A stretch of 64,000 bases of DNA from Shigella phage TB004, in the sequence record MW822011; one strand, given 5' to 3'. A program made the translations under genes and the position numbers. Positions 22,485-31,016 of the stretch are shown here, one piece after another. Positions within the stretch are counted from its first letter, which is position 1. The number at the start of each line of letters is the position of its first letter. The notes under the pieces were generated by a model, which had not been told where the DNA came from, did no database searches, and saw only the letters and a list, made by a program, of their open reading frames with translations.

Positions 22485-22817
22485 ATGAAAACGATTAATC
22501 TGAACGCTACAGTTAAAACTAAATGCTTCAATGGTAAATATGATGAAACTATGTGGTTCTTAATGGCAGTTGAAGGTGATATTATTGAAGTAGAAACAAC
22601 AGAAGGTATGGGAACAGATTTCACCTTTACAATTCAAGTTCATAATTTCTTTACTGGTTGGATTTATGAATTGAATACAGTAATCGTTGGAAAAATTGAA
22701 CAAAATGAATTAGGTGAATGGTATTATGTTACAGCTCGCCAACGTGCAGAACGCTTAATTGAGAAGATGAAAAAAGTTGGTAAACTTGACATGCAGCACT
22801 GGAAAGTAGTAAAATAA
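22485..22817 (+). CDS. Hypothetical protein (110 aa)
   Basis: ORF with AAGGAGAA SD. Confidence 0.6.
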   Translation: MKTINLNATVKTKCFNGKYDETMWFLMAVEGDIIEVETTEGMGTDFTFTIQVHNFFTGWIYELNTVIVGKIEQNELGEWYYVTARQRAERLIEKMKKVGKLDMQHWKVVK

Positions 22818-22819
22818 TT

Positions 22820-22848
22820 GTTTACTTTGGTACAGGATATGATATTAT
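22820..22848 (+). promoter_or_regulatory. Early promoter-like element
   Basis: GTTTAC, 17-nt spacer, TATTAT, upstream of ORF 22873. Confidence 0.5.
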
Positions 22849-22872
22849 ATACCTATACCGCAATTAAACATC

Positions 22873-23250
22873 TTGGAGAATAAAATGAACTACATCAACT
22901 TTGAACGTAAATATGTTTCTAACGGTATTGCAGGTTCTATTGATACTATCTGCCTTTGGAAACATCAAAATGGATCAGTATGCGAAATTGAACAGTATAT
23001 GACTCCTAACTACGTTTATATGCGATTTGAAAATGGCATCACGGTTTCAATCACGAAAGAAGGTTCTTCTTTTAAAATCGCATTAGATGATGATTTTCGT
23101 CAACGTGATTTAGGGACTCATCCTTGCTGGAATGGCGTCAATCGTAAGCTTCTGGTTAAAACTTGGATTCGTCATATTCTGAGTAACAGAGCTAAACCTG
23201 AGCATCTTGAAGCGATCTTTGATGTAGTTCTTAACGAATTTGATATTTAA
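22873..23250 (+). CDS. Hypothetical protein (125 aa)
   Basis: ORF with TGGAGAA SD; followed by an AGGGGC-ttcg-GCCCCT hairpin at 23259-23274. Confidence 0.6.
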   Translation: MENKMNYINFERKYVSNGIAGSIDTICLWKHQNGSVCEIEQYMTPNYVYMRFENGITVSITKEGSSFKIALDDDFRQRDLGTHPCWNGVNRKLLVKTWIRHILSNRAKPEHLEAIFDVVLNEFDI

Positions 23251-23290
23251 AATAAAATAGGGGCTTCGGCCCCTTACTGAGGAAAATATT

Positions 23291-23578
23291 ATGTTTATGA
23301 CTACTTATTTTGATACCCGTAAAAACTTCTGTGAAGTAGTTTTCTCTAAGGCGCCTAAAGACCTTCCTGCTCATTTGCAGCCTACAAGTGAATCGATTAA
23401 AAACTACGTTAATGTAGTCTGCCCTTTAGAGTTTCGTACTGTAAATGGGCGTGATACTCTAGCTATCGCTAAACTCAATCGTGAAATTGACATTGACCCT
23501 TCAATTGCGCGTGAAATTAACATTTCTGACATTGGCGGCGGTAATGTTAAATCGCACGGTTTTCAGATGAGGTTCTAA
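23291..23578 (+). CDS. Hypothetical protein (95 aa)
   Basis: ORF with GAGGAAAA SD. Confidence 0.55.
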   Translation: MFMTTYFDTRKNFCEVVFSKAPKDLPAHLQPTSESIKNYVNVVCPLEFRTVNGRDTLAIAKLNREIDIDPSIAREINISDIGGGNVKSHGFQMRF

Positions 23579-23775
23579 TGAAATTCTTTTTAGATCAAAC
23601 TGTTGAATTAAAGGGAGTTGGTATACCTGGATTAATTTCTAAGGTTCTACCTCCATTTAAATGGAGTGGTATTCAAATAAAAGAGGCTTATATTGTTTCC
23701 TGGGTAGATGGAAATGAAGACCTTCGTATGGGTGATGAATTATCTCCTATCTATGGATTAAAGGAATTAATATGA
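23578..23775 (+). CDS. Hypothetical protein (65 aa)
   Basis: Start overlaps the upstream stop. Confidence 0.5.
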   Translation: MKFFLDQTVELKGVGIPGLISKVLPPFKWSGIQIKEAYIVSWVDGNEDLRMGDELSPIYGLKELI

Positions 23776-23978
23776 ATATAATTAATAAGATTTTTGGAAT
23801 TCAGTACATTAAGGTTACATATAAAGTAACGTATAAAGGTCCGTATACCGATGAATATGAAGAGCCACAAGTTCAGTCTATTATATTAGAAAAGGACCCT
23901 AACTGGCCAGTTGAATTTCGTCTTCCTTGCTATGGTCATTGGGCTGATGTTGAAATTATAAGTATTGAAAATGTCTGA
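23772..23978 (+). CDS. Hypothetical protein (68 aa)
   Basis: Start overlaps the upstream stop. Confidence 0.5.
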   Translation: MNIINKIFGIQYIKVTYKVTYKGPYTDEYEEPQVQSIILEKDPNWPVEFRLPCYGHWADVEIISIENV

Positions 23979-24429
23979 GTTAGAGATTAGAAGCAATTTT
24001 AAATGGCCATCATGTGCATTAAGCAATTTCGCCCAATGGCCTTTTGTTATGGATGGCATTCAATTTGGAGGTCTCGAAGGATTCCTACAAGGATGTAAGG
24101 TGAAAAATGCTGAACATCAAAGACGTATATTTGGGTTGTCTGGATTGGCTGCACAGCAAGCTGGAAGGTCTTATGCAAGAGCTCAGGACCGTGGAACTCT
24201 CTTCTGGTTAGGAGTTCCATTTTCAAGATACTCTGAAGCGTGGAAAGAATTATACACAAATGCATATTTTGAAGCAGCGATCCAAAACAGGGGCTTTCGT
24301 GATGCATTACAAGCCTCGAAAGGAAAAGTTTTGAAGCACAGCATGGCTAGTGGTCTAACAAAAGATGATACAATACTAACCGAAGCTGAATTTATTGACG
24401 TGTTAAACCTATTAAGAGACTCTCTATGA
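23965..24429 (+). CDS. NADAR (YbiA-like, DUF1768) domain protein (154 aa)
   Basis: Motif LSNFAQWPFVMDGIQFGGLEGFLQGCKVKN resembles the YbiA/NADAR signature (FSNF...W...DG...E.YFQA.K). Confidence 0.6.
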   Translation: MKMSELEIRSNFKWPSCALSNFAQWPFVMDGIQFGGLEGFLQGCKVKNAEHQRRIFGLSGLAAQQAGRSYARAQDRGTLFWLGVPFSRYSEAWKELYTNAYFEAAIQNRGFRDALQASKGKVLKHSMASGLTKDDTILTEAEFIDVLNLLRDSL

Positions 24430-25289
24430 AGCCAACTATTTTGACTGATATTGATGGAGTATGTTTAAGCTGGCAATCAGGCCTTCCTTATTTTGCTCAG
24501 AAATATAATCTTCCATTAGAACATATTTTAAAAATGATCCAAGATGAGAAATTTATTTCTCCAGGTAAGCTCTTTAATTGTGATGAAGAACTTGGTGTCA
24601 AGTTAATTGAAAAATACAATCGTTCGGATTTTATTCGTTACTTGTCTCCATATAAAGATGCTCTGCGTGTAATTAACAAATTAAAAGAAGATTATAATTT
24701 TGTAGCTGTTACAGCACTGGGTGATTCTATTGACGCTCTGCTGAATCGTCAATTTAATTTGAATGCTCTTTTTCCTGGTGCCTTCTCAGAAGTACTGATG
24801 TGTGGTCATGATTCTTCAAAAGAAGAGTTGTTCAAAAAGGCAAAAGAGAAATATAACGTAATTTGTTATATTGACGATCTCGCTCACCACTGCGATCATG
24901 CGAGTGAAATATTAAATGTTCCTGTTTATTGGATGGCTCGAGGGGAGCGTGACAGTATTCCAAAAACTGCACAGCGAGTTTATACATGGAATGATGTAGA
25001 AAATAAGCTTTTTTCACCAAAGGAAAATAAAGAAAGTTTTGATAGTGAAAAAGCTATAAAAGATGTAATTGAGAAGATGGTTAAAAACGATTCTTTTCGT
25101 TGGAACACTACCTGGAGAACTCCTGGATTTAATCCGTATAACCCATATTATACACATCCATATAATCCATATTATACACACCCGTATCATATGAATCCAT
25201 TCCATACGTGGAGTTATATTAAGCCCGGTGATGCAGGGTATTTTAATAGATTTACTAGTGGTGATAATATTTTCCAAGGAGCATTCTAA
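24426..25289 (+). CDS. HAD-superfamily phosphatase-like protein (287 aa) with a Pro/Tyr-rich repeated C-terminal tail
   Basis: N-terminal HAD motif I (ILTDIDGVCL); C-terminal NPYNPYYTHPYNPYYTHPY encoded by a 24-bp tandem duplication. Confidence 0.6.
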   Translation: MKPTILTDIDGVCLSWQSGLPYFAQKYNLPLEHILKMIQDEKFISPGKLFNCDEELGVKLIEKYNRSDFIRYLSPYKDALRVINKLKEDYNFVAVTALGDSIDALLNRQFNLNALFPGAFSEVLMCGHDSSKEELFKKAKEKYNVICYIDDLAHHCDHASEILNVPVYWMARGERDSIPKTAQRVYTWNDVENKLFSPKENKESFDSEKAIKDVIEKMVKNDSFRWNTTWRTPGFNPYNPYYTHPYNPYYTHPYHMNPFHTWSYIKPGDAGYFNRFTSGDNIFQGAF

Positions 25290-25558
25290 TGTTTGTCGTT
25301 CACACTATTTATGAAAATGAAGGTAATACTACACGTGATTACGGTCACGTAAATCAATTTTTTAGATGCAATCCAGAATTCCGAGCTCAAAAAGACGAAC
25401 GAATTTTTAAAAAATGTGTAGAGCAAGGTTTCATTTACGTCAAGCATTGGATGCAAGGAAATAAAGTTAGAACTACATATCATAAGTCTTTGCCTGAGCT
25501 TAATGATGAATTGATTTATAATAGAGCTGTAAACCAAACCTTGAAGGATGAGCAATGA
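25289..25558 (+). CDS. Hypothetical protein (89 aa)
   Basis: Overlapping junctions with both neighbours. Confidence 0.5.
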   Translation: MFVVHTIYENEGNTTRDYGHVNQFFRCNPEFRAQKDERIFKKCVEQGFIYVKHWMQGNKVRTTYHKSLPELNDELIYNRAVNQTLKDEQ

Positions 25559-27018
25559 TTCTTAAAATTCTGAATGAAATAGCATCTATTGGATCAACTA
25601 AGCAGAAGCAAGCAATTCTTGAAAAGAATAAAGATAATGAATTGCTTAAACGGGTATATCGTCTGACTTATTCTCGTGGGTTACAGTATTATATCAAGAA
25701 ATGGCCTAAACCTGGTATTGCTACCCAGAGTTTTGGAATGCTGACTATTACCGATATGCTTGACTTCATTGAATTCACGTTAGCTACTCGGAAATTGACT
25801 GGAAATGCAGCAATTGAGGAATTAACTGGATATATCACTGATGGTAAAAAGGATGATGTTGAAGTTTTACGTCGAGTTATGATGCGAGACCTTGAATGCG
25901 GTGCTTCAGTATCTATTGCAAACAAAGTTTGGCCAGGTTTAATTCCTGAACAACCTCAAATGCTGGCAAGTTCTTATGATGAAAAAGGCATTAGTAAGAA
26001 TATCAAGTTTCCAGCTTTTGCACAGTTAAAAGCAGATGGAGCCCGGTGTTTTGCTGAAGTTCGAGGCGATGAATTAGATGATGTTCGTCTTTTATCACGA
26101 GCTGGTAATGAATATCTAGGATTAGATCTTCTTAAGGAAGAATTAATCAAAATGACTGCTGAAGCCCGCCAGATTCATCCAGAAGGTGTGTTAATTGATG
26201 GCGAATTGGTATACCATGAGCAAGTTGAAAAAGAGCCAGAAGGCCTAGATTTTCTTTTTGATGCTTATCCTGAAATTAGTAAAGCTAAAGAATTCGCCGA
26301 AGTAGCGGAATCTCGTACTACTTCTAATGGAATCGCCAATAAATCCTTAAAAGGAACCATTTCTGAAAAAGAAGCTCAATGCATGAAGTTTCAGGTCTGG
26401 GATTATGTCCCGTTGGTAGAAATATACGGTCTTCCGGCGTTTCGTTTAAAATATGATGTACGTTTTTCTAAACTAGAACAAATGACATCAGGATATGATA
26501 AAGTAATTTTAATTGAAAACCAGGTAGTAAATAACCTAGATGAAGCTAAGGTAATTTATAAAAAGTATATTGACCAAGGTCTTGAAGGTATTATTCTCAA
26601 AAATATCGATGGATTATGGGAAAATGCTCGTTCAAAAAATCTTTATAAATTTAAAGAAGTAATTGATGTTGATTTAAAAATTGTAGGAATTTATCCTCAC
26701 CGTAAAGACCCTACTAAAGCAGGTGGATTTATTCTTGAATCAGAGTGTGGAAAAATTAAAGTAAATGCTGGTTCAGGCTTAAAAGATAAAGCCGGTGTAA
26801 AATCACATGAACTTGACCGTACTCGCATTATGGAAAACCAAAATTATTATATTGGAAAAATTCTAGAGTGCGAATGCAACGGTTGGTTAAAATCTGATGG
26901 CCGCACTGATTACGTTAAATTATTTCTTCCAATTGCGATTCGTTTACGTGAAGATAAAACTAAAGCTAATACATTCGAGGATGTATTTGGTGATTTTCAT
27001 GAGGTAACTGGTCTATGA
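25555..27018 (+). CDS. 30: ATP-dependent DNA ligase
   Basis: 487 aa, MILKILNEIASIGSTKQKQAILEKNKDNELLKRVYRLTYS...; adenylation lysine context FAQLKADGARCF; matches T4 DNA ligase. Confidence 0.95.
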   Translation: MILKILNEIASIGSTKQKQAILEKNKDNELLKRVYRLTYSRGLQYYIKKWPKPGIATQSFGMLTITDMLDFIEFTLATRKLTGNAAIEELTGYITDGKKDDVEVLRRVMMRDLECGASVSIANKVWPGLIPEQPQMLASSYDEKGISKNIKFPAFAQLKADGARCFAEVRGDELDDVRLLSRAGNEYLGLDLLKEELIKMTAEARQIHPEGVLIDGELVYHEQVEKEPEGLDFLFDAYPEISKAKEFAEVAESRTTSNGIANKSLKGTISEKEAQCMKFQVWDYVPLVEIYGLPAFRLKYDVRFSKLEQMTSGYDKVILIENQVVNNLDEAKVIYKKYIDQGLEGIILKNIDGLWENARSKNLYKFKEVIDVDLKIVGIYPHRKDPTKAGGFILESECGKIKVNAGSGLKDKAGVKSHELDRTRIMENQNYYIGKILECECNGWLKSDGRTDYVKLFLPIAIRLREDKTKANTFEDVFGDFHEVTGL

Positions 27019-27203
27019 AAGCTTACTTAGAAACAATTGTCGTGGCTCAAAAAGAAGGTGGAGATGTTTCTACTTCTGTATCACAAATCGTTCTTGAATT
27101 TGTAGATGCATATGCTTATAATAAATTCACAGAAACATTTGATGCCTATGAAAAAGGTCCAAAGTTTGAAATATATCGTACTCTCTTACCATTAGATTAT
27201 TAA
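27015..27203 (+). CDS. Hypothetical protein (62 aa)
   Basis: Small ORF coupled to the ligase stop; followed by a hairpin. Confidence 0.5.
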   Translation: MKAYLETIVVAQKEGGDVSTSVSQIVLEFVDAYAYNKFTETFDAYEKGPKFEIYRTLLPLDY

Positions 27204-27226
27204 AGGCCTTCGGGCCTTTAATTTTA
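27202..27226 (+). terminator. Hairpin (AAAGGCC-ttcg-GGCCTTT) with an A/T-rich tail
   Basis: 7-bp stem with UUCG tetraloop, between ORF 27015 and alt. Confidence 0.55.
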
Positions 27227-27261
27227 TAAATAGAATAAGAATAAACACTAGAGAGGATATG

Positions 27262-29310
27262 ATGGAACTCATTACAGAATTATTTGACGAAGATACTACT
27301 CTTCCGATTACAAACTTAAATCCAAAGAAGAAAATACCGCAAATTTTTTCAGTTCATGTTGATGACGCAATTGAACAACCAGGCTTTCGTTTATGTACCT
27401 ATACATCTGGAGGTGATACTAACCGTGATTTAAAGATGGGCGATAAAATGATGCATATTGTTCCTTTTACATTAACTGCTAAAGGTTCAATTGCTAAATT
27501 AAAAGGTCTCGGTCCAAGCCCAATTAATTACATCAATTCAGTTTTTACTGTTGCGATGCAGACGATGCGGCAGTATAAAATTGATGCCTGCATGCTTCGT
27601 ATTCTTAAGTCTAAAACTGCTGGTCAAGCTCGACAAATTCAAGTTATTGCTGATAGACTTATCCGTAGTCGTTCAGGTGGCAGATACGTCCTTCTTAAGG
27701 AACTCTGGGATTATGATAAAAAGTATGCATATATTCTTATACATCGCAAAAATGTATCACTAGAAGACATTCCAGGAGTTCCGGAAATTAGTACCGAGCT
27801 CTTTACTAAAGTTGAATCGAAAGTCGGCGATGTTTATATCAATAAAGATACTGGAGCTCAAGTAACTAAAAATGAGGCAATTGCAGCATCTATCGCACAA
27901 GAAAATGATAAACGTTCTGACCAAGCTGTTATTGTTAAAGTTAAAATTTCCCGTAGAGCAATTGCGCAAAGTCAATCATTAGAATCTTCTAGATTTGAAA
28001 CACCAATGTTTCAAAAATTTGAGGCTTCAGCAGCAGAATTAAATAAACCCGCCGACGCGCCTTTAATTTCTGATGCTAACGAATTAACTGTTATTTCTAC
28101 TTCAGGATTTGCATTAGAGAATGCTCTTAATAGTGTTACAGCTGGAATGGCATTCAGAGAAGCTTCTATAATTCCTGAAGATAAAGAATCTGACGTTAAT
28201 GCAGAAATAAAAAATAAAGCTTTAGAAAAATTACGAAAAGAATCTATTACTTCAATAAAAACTTTAGAAACTATTGCTTCTATCGTCGATGATACTTTAG
28301 AAAAATATAAAGGTGCTTGGTTTGAAAGAAATATTAACAGACATTCGCATTTAAACCAAGATGCTGCAAATGAGTTAGTACAAAATTCTTGGAATGCAAT
28401 AAAAACAAAGATTATTCGAAGAGAATTACGTGGATATGCTCTTACCGCTGGATGGTCATTACATCCTATAGTCGAAAATAAAGATTCATCTAAATACACA
28501 CCAGCGCAAAAACGCGGAATTCGTGAATATGTAGGTTCAGGATATGTAGACATGAATAATGCTCTTTTGGGATTATATAATCCAGATGAGCGTACAAGTA
28601 TTTTAACAGCACCTGAAATAGAACAAGCCATTGATAATTTAGATTCAGCCTTTAAAAATGGTGAACGATTACCAAAAGGTATTACTTTGTATCGTTCACA
28701 ACGAATGTTACCTTCAATATATGAAGCACTGGTAAAAAATCGAGTTTTTTATTTTAGAAATTTTGTATCAACATCATTATATCCAAACATTTTTGGTACT
28801 TGGATGACTGATTCAGCTGTGGGTGTTTTACCAGATGAAAAGCGTCTAAGCATTTCTGTCGATAAAAATGATGAAGGGCTTGTTAATTCTAGCGATAATT
28901 TAGTTGGAATTGGATGGGTTATTACTGGAGCTGATAAAGTCAATGTTGTTTTACCCGGTGGAAGTTTAGCACCTTCAAATGAAATGGAAGTCATTTTGCC
29001 ACGTGGATTAATGGTCAAAGTCAATAAAATAACTGATGCATCTTACAACGATGGAACAGTTAGAACTAACAACAAGCTTATTCAAGCTGAAGTTATGACC
29101 ACAGAAGAACTCACCGAATCGGTAATTTATGACGGTGACCGTTTAATGGAAACTGGTGAATTGGTTACAATGACAGGTGATATAGAAGATAGAGTTGACT
29201 TTGCATCGTTTGTTTCATCAAATGTTAAACAGAAAGCAGAATCATCTCTTGGAATTATTGCGTCTTGCATAGATATTGCAAACATGCCTTACAAGTTCGT
29301 TCAAGGATAA
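27262..29310 (+). CDS. alt: Alt, virion-packaged ADP-ribosyltransferase
   Basis: 682 codons from ATG at 27262; MELITELFDEDTTLPITNLNPKKKIPQIFSVHVDDAIEQPGFRLCTYTSGGDTN...; GAGGA SD. Confidence 0.9.
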   Translation: MELITELFDEDTTLPITNLNPKKKIPQIFSVHVDDAIEQPGFRLCTYTSGGDTNRDLKMGDKMMHIVPFTLTAKGSIAKLKGLGPSPINYINSVFTVAMQTMRQYKIDACMLRILKSKTAGQARQIQVIADRLIRSRSGGRYVLLKELWDYDKKYAYILIHRKNVSLEDIPGVPEISTELFTKVESKVGDVYINKDTGAQVTKNEAIAASIAQENDKRSDQAVIVKVKISRRAIAQSQSLESSRFETPMFQKFEASAAELNKPADAPLISDANELTVISTSGFALENALNSVTAGMAFREASIIPEDKESDVNAEIKNKALEKLRKESITSIKTLETIASIVDDTLEKYKGAWFERNINRHSHLNQDAANELVQNSWNAIKTKIIRRELRGYALTAGWSLHPIVENKDSSKYTPAQKRGIREYVGSGYVDMNNALLGLYNPDERTSILTAPEIEQAIDNLDSAFKNGERLPKGITLYRSQRMLPSIYEALVKNRVFYFRNFVSTSLYPNIFGTWMTDSAVGVLPDEKRLSISVDKNDEGLVNSSDNLVGIGWVITGADKVNVVLPGGSLAPSNEMEVILPRGLMVKVNKITDASYNDGTVRTNNKLIQAEVMTTEELTESVIYDGDRLMETGELVTMTGDIEDRVDFASFVSSNVKQKAESSLGIIASCIDIANMPYKFVQG

Positions 29311-29313
29311 ATC

Positions 29314-29699
29314 ATGGAACTTATTACAGAATTATTTGACGGCGCTTCGGCGCCGGTTGTTAACTTAAATCCTAAGCATAAAATACCACAAATTTTTGCT
29401 ATTCAAGCCGGCGAAGAAAGCGTGCTTCCTGGATTTAGATTTTGTACATACACCTCTGGCGGTGATACGAATAAAACGTTAAGCCGGGCGATAAAATGAT
29501 GCATATCGTAATGATAGGTGTTAATGAGAAACTATCATTAGTTAAGCTTAAAAACTTGGGTGGAAATCCAATTGGTGTCATTAATGCTGTTTTTGATACT
29601 GCTCTTCAAACAATGAAACAGTATAAAATCGACGCATGCCTATTACGCGTACTAAAAAGTTCAAAATGTAGTTTACAAGTCCCTCGTGTTGTGTTATAG
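29314..29699 (+). pseudogene. Frameshifted, 3'-truncated paralog of the alt 5' region (two short ORFs)
   Basis: MELITELFD...NLNPKHKIPQIF...PGFRFCTYTSGGDTN parallels Alt residues 1-53; a 1-nt length difference gives a TGA, and the next frame resumes MMHIV...QTMKQYKIDACLLRVLKS parallel to Alt residues 64-117; similarity ends at the promoter cassette. Confidence 0.75.
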
Positions 29700-29725
29700 T
29701 AGTCTTACTGACATAACATGAGGAA
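29670..29725 (+). repeat. 56-bp early-promoter cassette, copy 2 (PeSL-like)
   Basis: 55 of 56 nt identical to 15411-15466; ends just before ORF 29732. Confidence 0.75.
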
Positions 29726-29731
29726 CACAAA

Positions 29732-30022
29732 ATGAAATCTTCTTTACGCTTTTTAGGTCAAGAACTTGTAGTTGAAGGCGTTATTCCTGCTGATAACGCT
29801 TTTAATGAAGCGGTTTACGACGAATTTATCAAAATTTTTGGAACAGATAAAAAGTTCGGAATTTTTCCTTCTGAAAATTTTTCAAAGCCAGAACAGACTG
29901 AAAGCATTTTCCAAGGTGTAGTAACAGGTAAATTTGAGTCAGAAGCTCCGGTAAAAATTGAAGTTTATATTGAAGACAATTTAGTTGCTTCAGTTGCTGC
30001 TTTTATTTCATTCCGTAAATAA
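29732..30022 (+). CDS. Hypothetical protein (96 aa)
   Basis: ORF driven by promoter cassette copy 2; convergent with gene 54 and followed by a shared hairpin. Confidence 0.6.
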   Translation: MKSSLRFLGQELVVEGVIPADNAFNEAVYDEFIKIFGTDKKFGIFPSENFSKPEQTESIFQGVVTGKFESEAPVKIEVYIEDNLVASVAAFISFRK

Positions 30023-30026
30023 AAAT

Positions 30027-30048
30027 ATGGGGACCGAAAGGTCCCCAT
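30027..30048. terminator. Bidirectional hairpin terminator (ATGGGGACC-gaaa-GGTCCCCAT) between convergent ORF 29732 and gene 54
   Basis: 9-bp stem with GNRA loop, exactly between the two convergent stop codons. Confidence 0.7.
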
Positions 30049-30050
30049 TG

Positions 30051-31016
30051 TTATATTGCTCCTAATATTTTACTTTGCGAGTTGACAATTCCCGTCATAG
30101 TATTAATGTTTGAAATGCTTCCCGCAGTTCCTCCTAATCTACTAAGTCGTGAAAGCGAATTAGATAGTCCAGTAACACCTCCACTATTTCCGAGAACGCT
30201 TTGAATGCCATTTATAGCAGCAGATTCAAGCCACTCAAGCGCAGCTTGTCTATCAACCGACCCAGCCTGCATGACTCTATACGCAAAAGTAACATCAAAT
30301 GTAGTTATTTGGTTATCTCCATCATATGATAACTCAGGAGCGCTCACTGACACTGGAATGCATCCAGTGAACATCACCGCAGTATGAGGTAATCCATTAC
30401 GAGCATGAAGATTAACCTGAATATCTGCCTCGACATCTTGTGGCAAAGCACGCAATCCAGTTACTGGGTCTTGAACAGCGTTAACCCAGTCTTGCATTGC
30501 ACGATAGTTACAAGCTTCTGAATCCATTCTAAATGAAATAACCAAAGGGTCTAATTCTCTCCCAGTTATACGAATATTAGGAGAATTATAGTTCCAGTCA
30601 GTTTCATAGGATAATCTATTCTCTGGCATTTTTACGGAATATATCATCAATCCAGATGAGTTATATGCCATGTTAAAGAAGTCAATTAAATATGTACCAA
30701 CTGTAAATGAGCCCAATAAACTTTGAACTGTACGTTGACTCATGGCACCAATAAGATATTTACTAACCCCTGATTTTCTTATCAGTTTTTGTGTGCCAGC
30801 AGTAATTAGCGTGGTAATTCCCTGATTAATATCGCCTTGAGTCAATCCTAACCAATCTGAATTTAGGCCCAAGTTATTATAAGAAAAGTTGCTAATTGAA
30901 CTTATCAACGAAGAGCTTTTAGTTGATGGAGTTGTCGCAAAAACGCAGCTAAACATATTATTACGTTGGAAATCTGCGTTTATTGCTTGATTATTAAATT
31001 CCTCTAAAGAATACAT
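30051..31016 (-). CDS. 54: Baseplate tail tube initiator gp54
   Basis: 321 aa; last gene of the 51-27-28-29-48-54 block; size matches T4 gp54. Confidence 0.85.
   Translation of the reverse strand: MYSLEEFNNQAINADFQRNNMFSCVFATTPSTKSSSLISSISNFSYNNLGLNSDWLGLTQGDINQGITTLITAGTQKLIRKSGVSKYLIGAMSQRTVQSLLGSFTVGTYLIDFFNMAYNSSGLMIYSVKMPENRLSYETDWNYNSPNIRITGRELDPLVISFRMDSEACNYRAMQDWVNAVQDPVTGLRALPQDVEADIQVNLHARNGLPHTAVMFTGCIPVSVSAPELSYDGDNQITTFDVTFAYRVMQAGSVDRQAALEWLESAAINGIQSVLGNSGGVTGLSNSLSRLSRLGGTAGSISNINTMTGIVNSQSKILGAI

Noticed and set aside
29314-29699. Reading the two alt-like fragments as one gene with a sequencing-error frameshift
   Set aside because: The copy differs from alt at many positions over its whole length and ends at a recombination-type breakpoint, so it is a diverged paralog rather than a misread of alt. 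A single-base sequencing error inside it cannot be excluded without reads.
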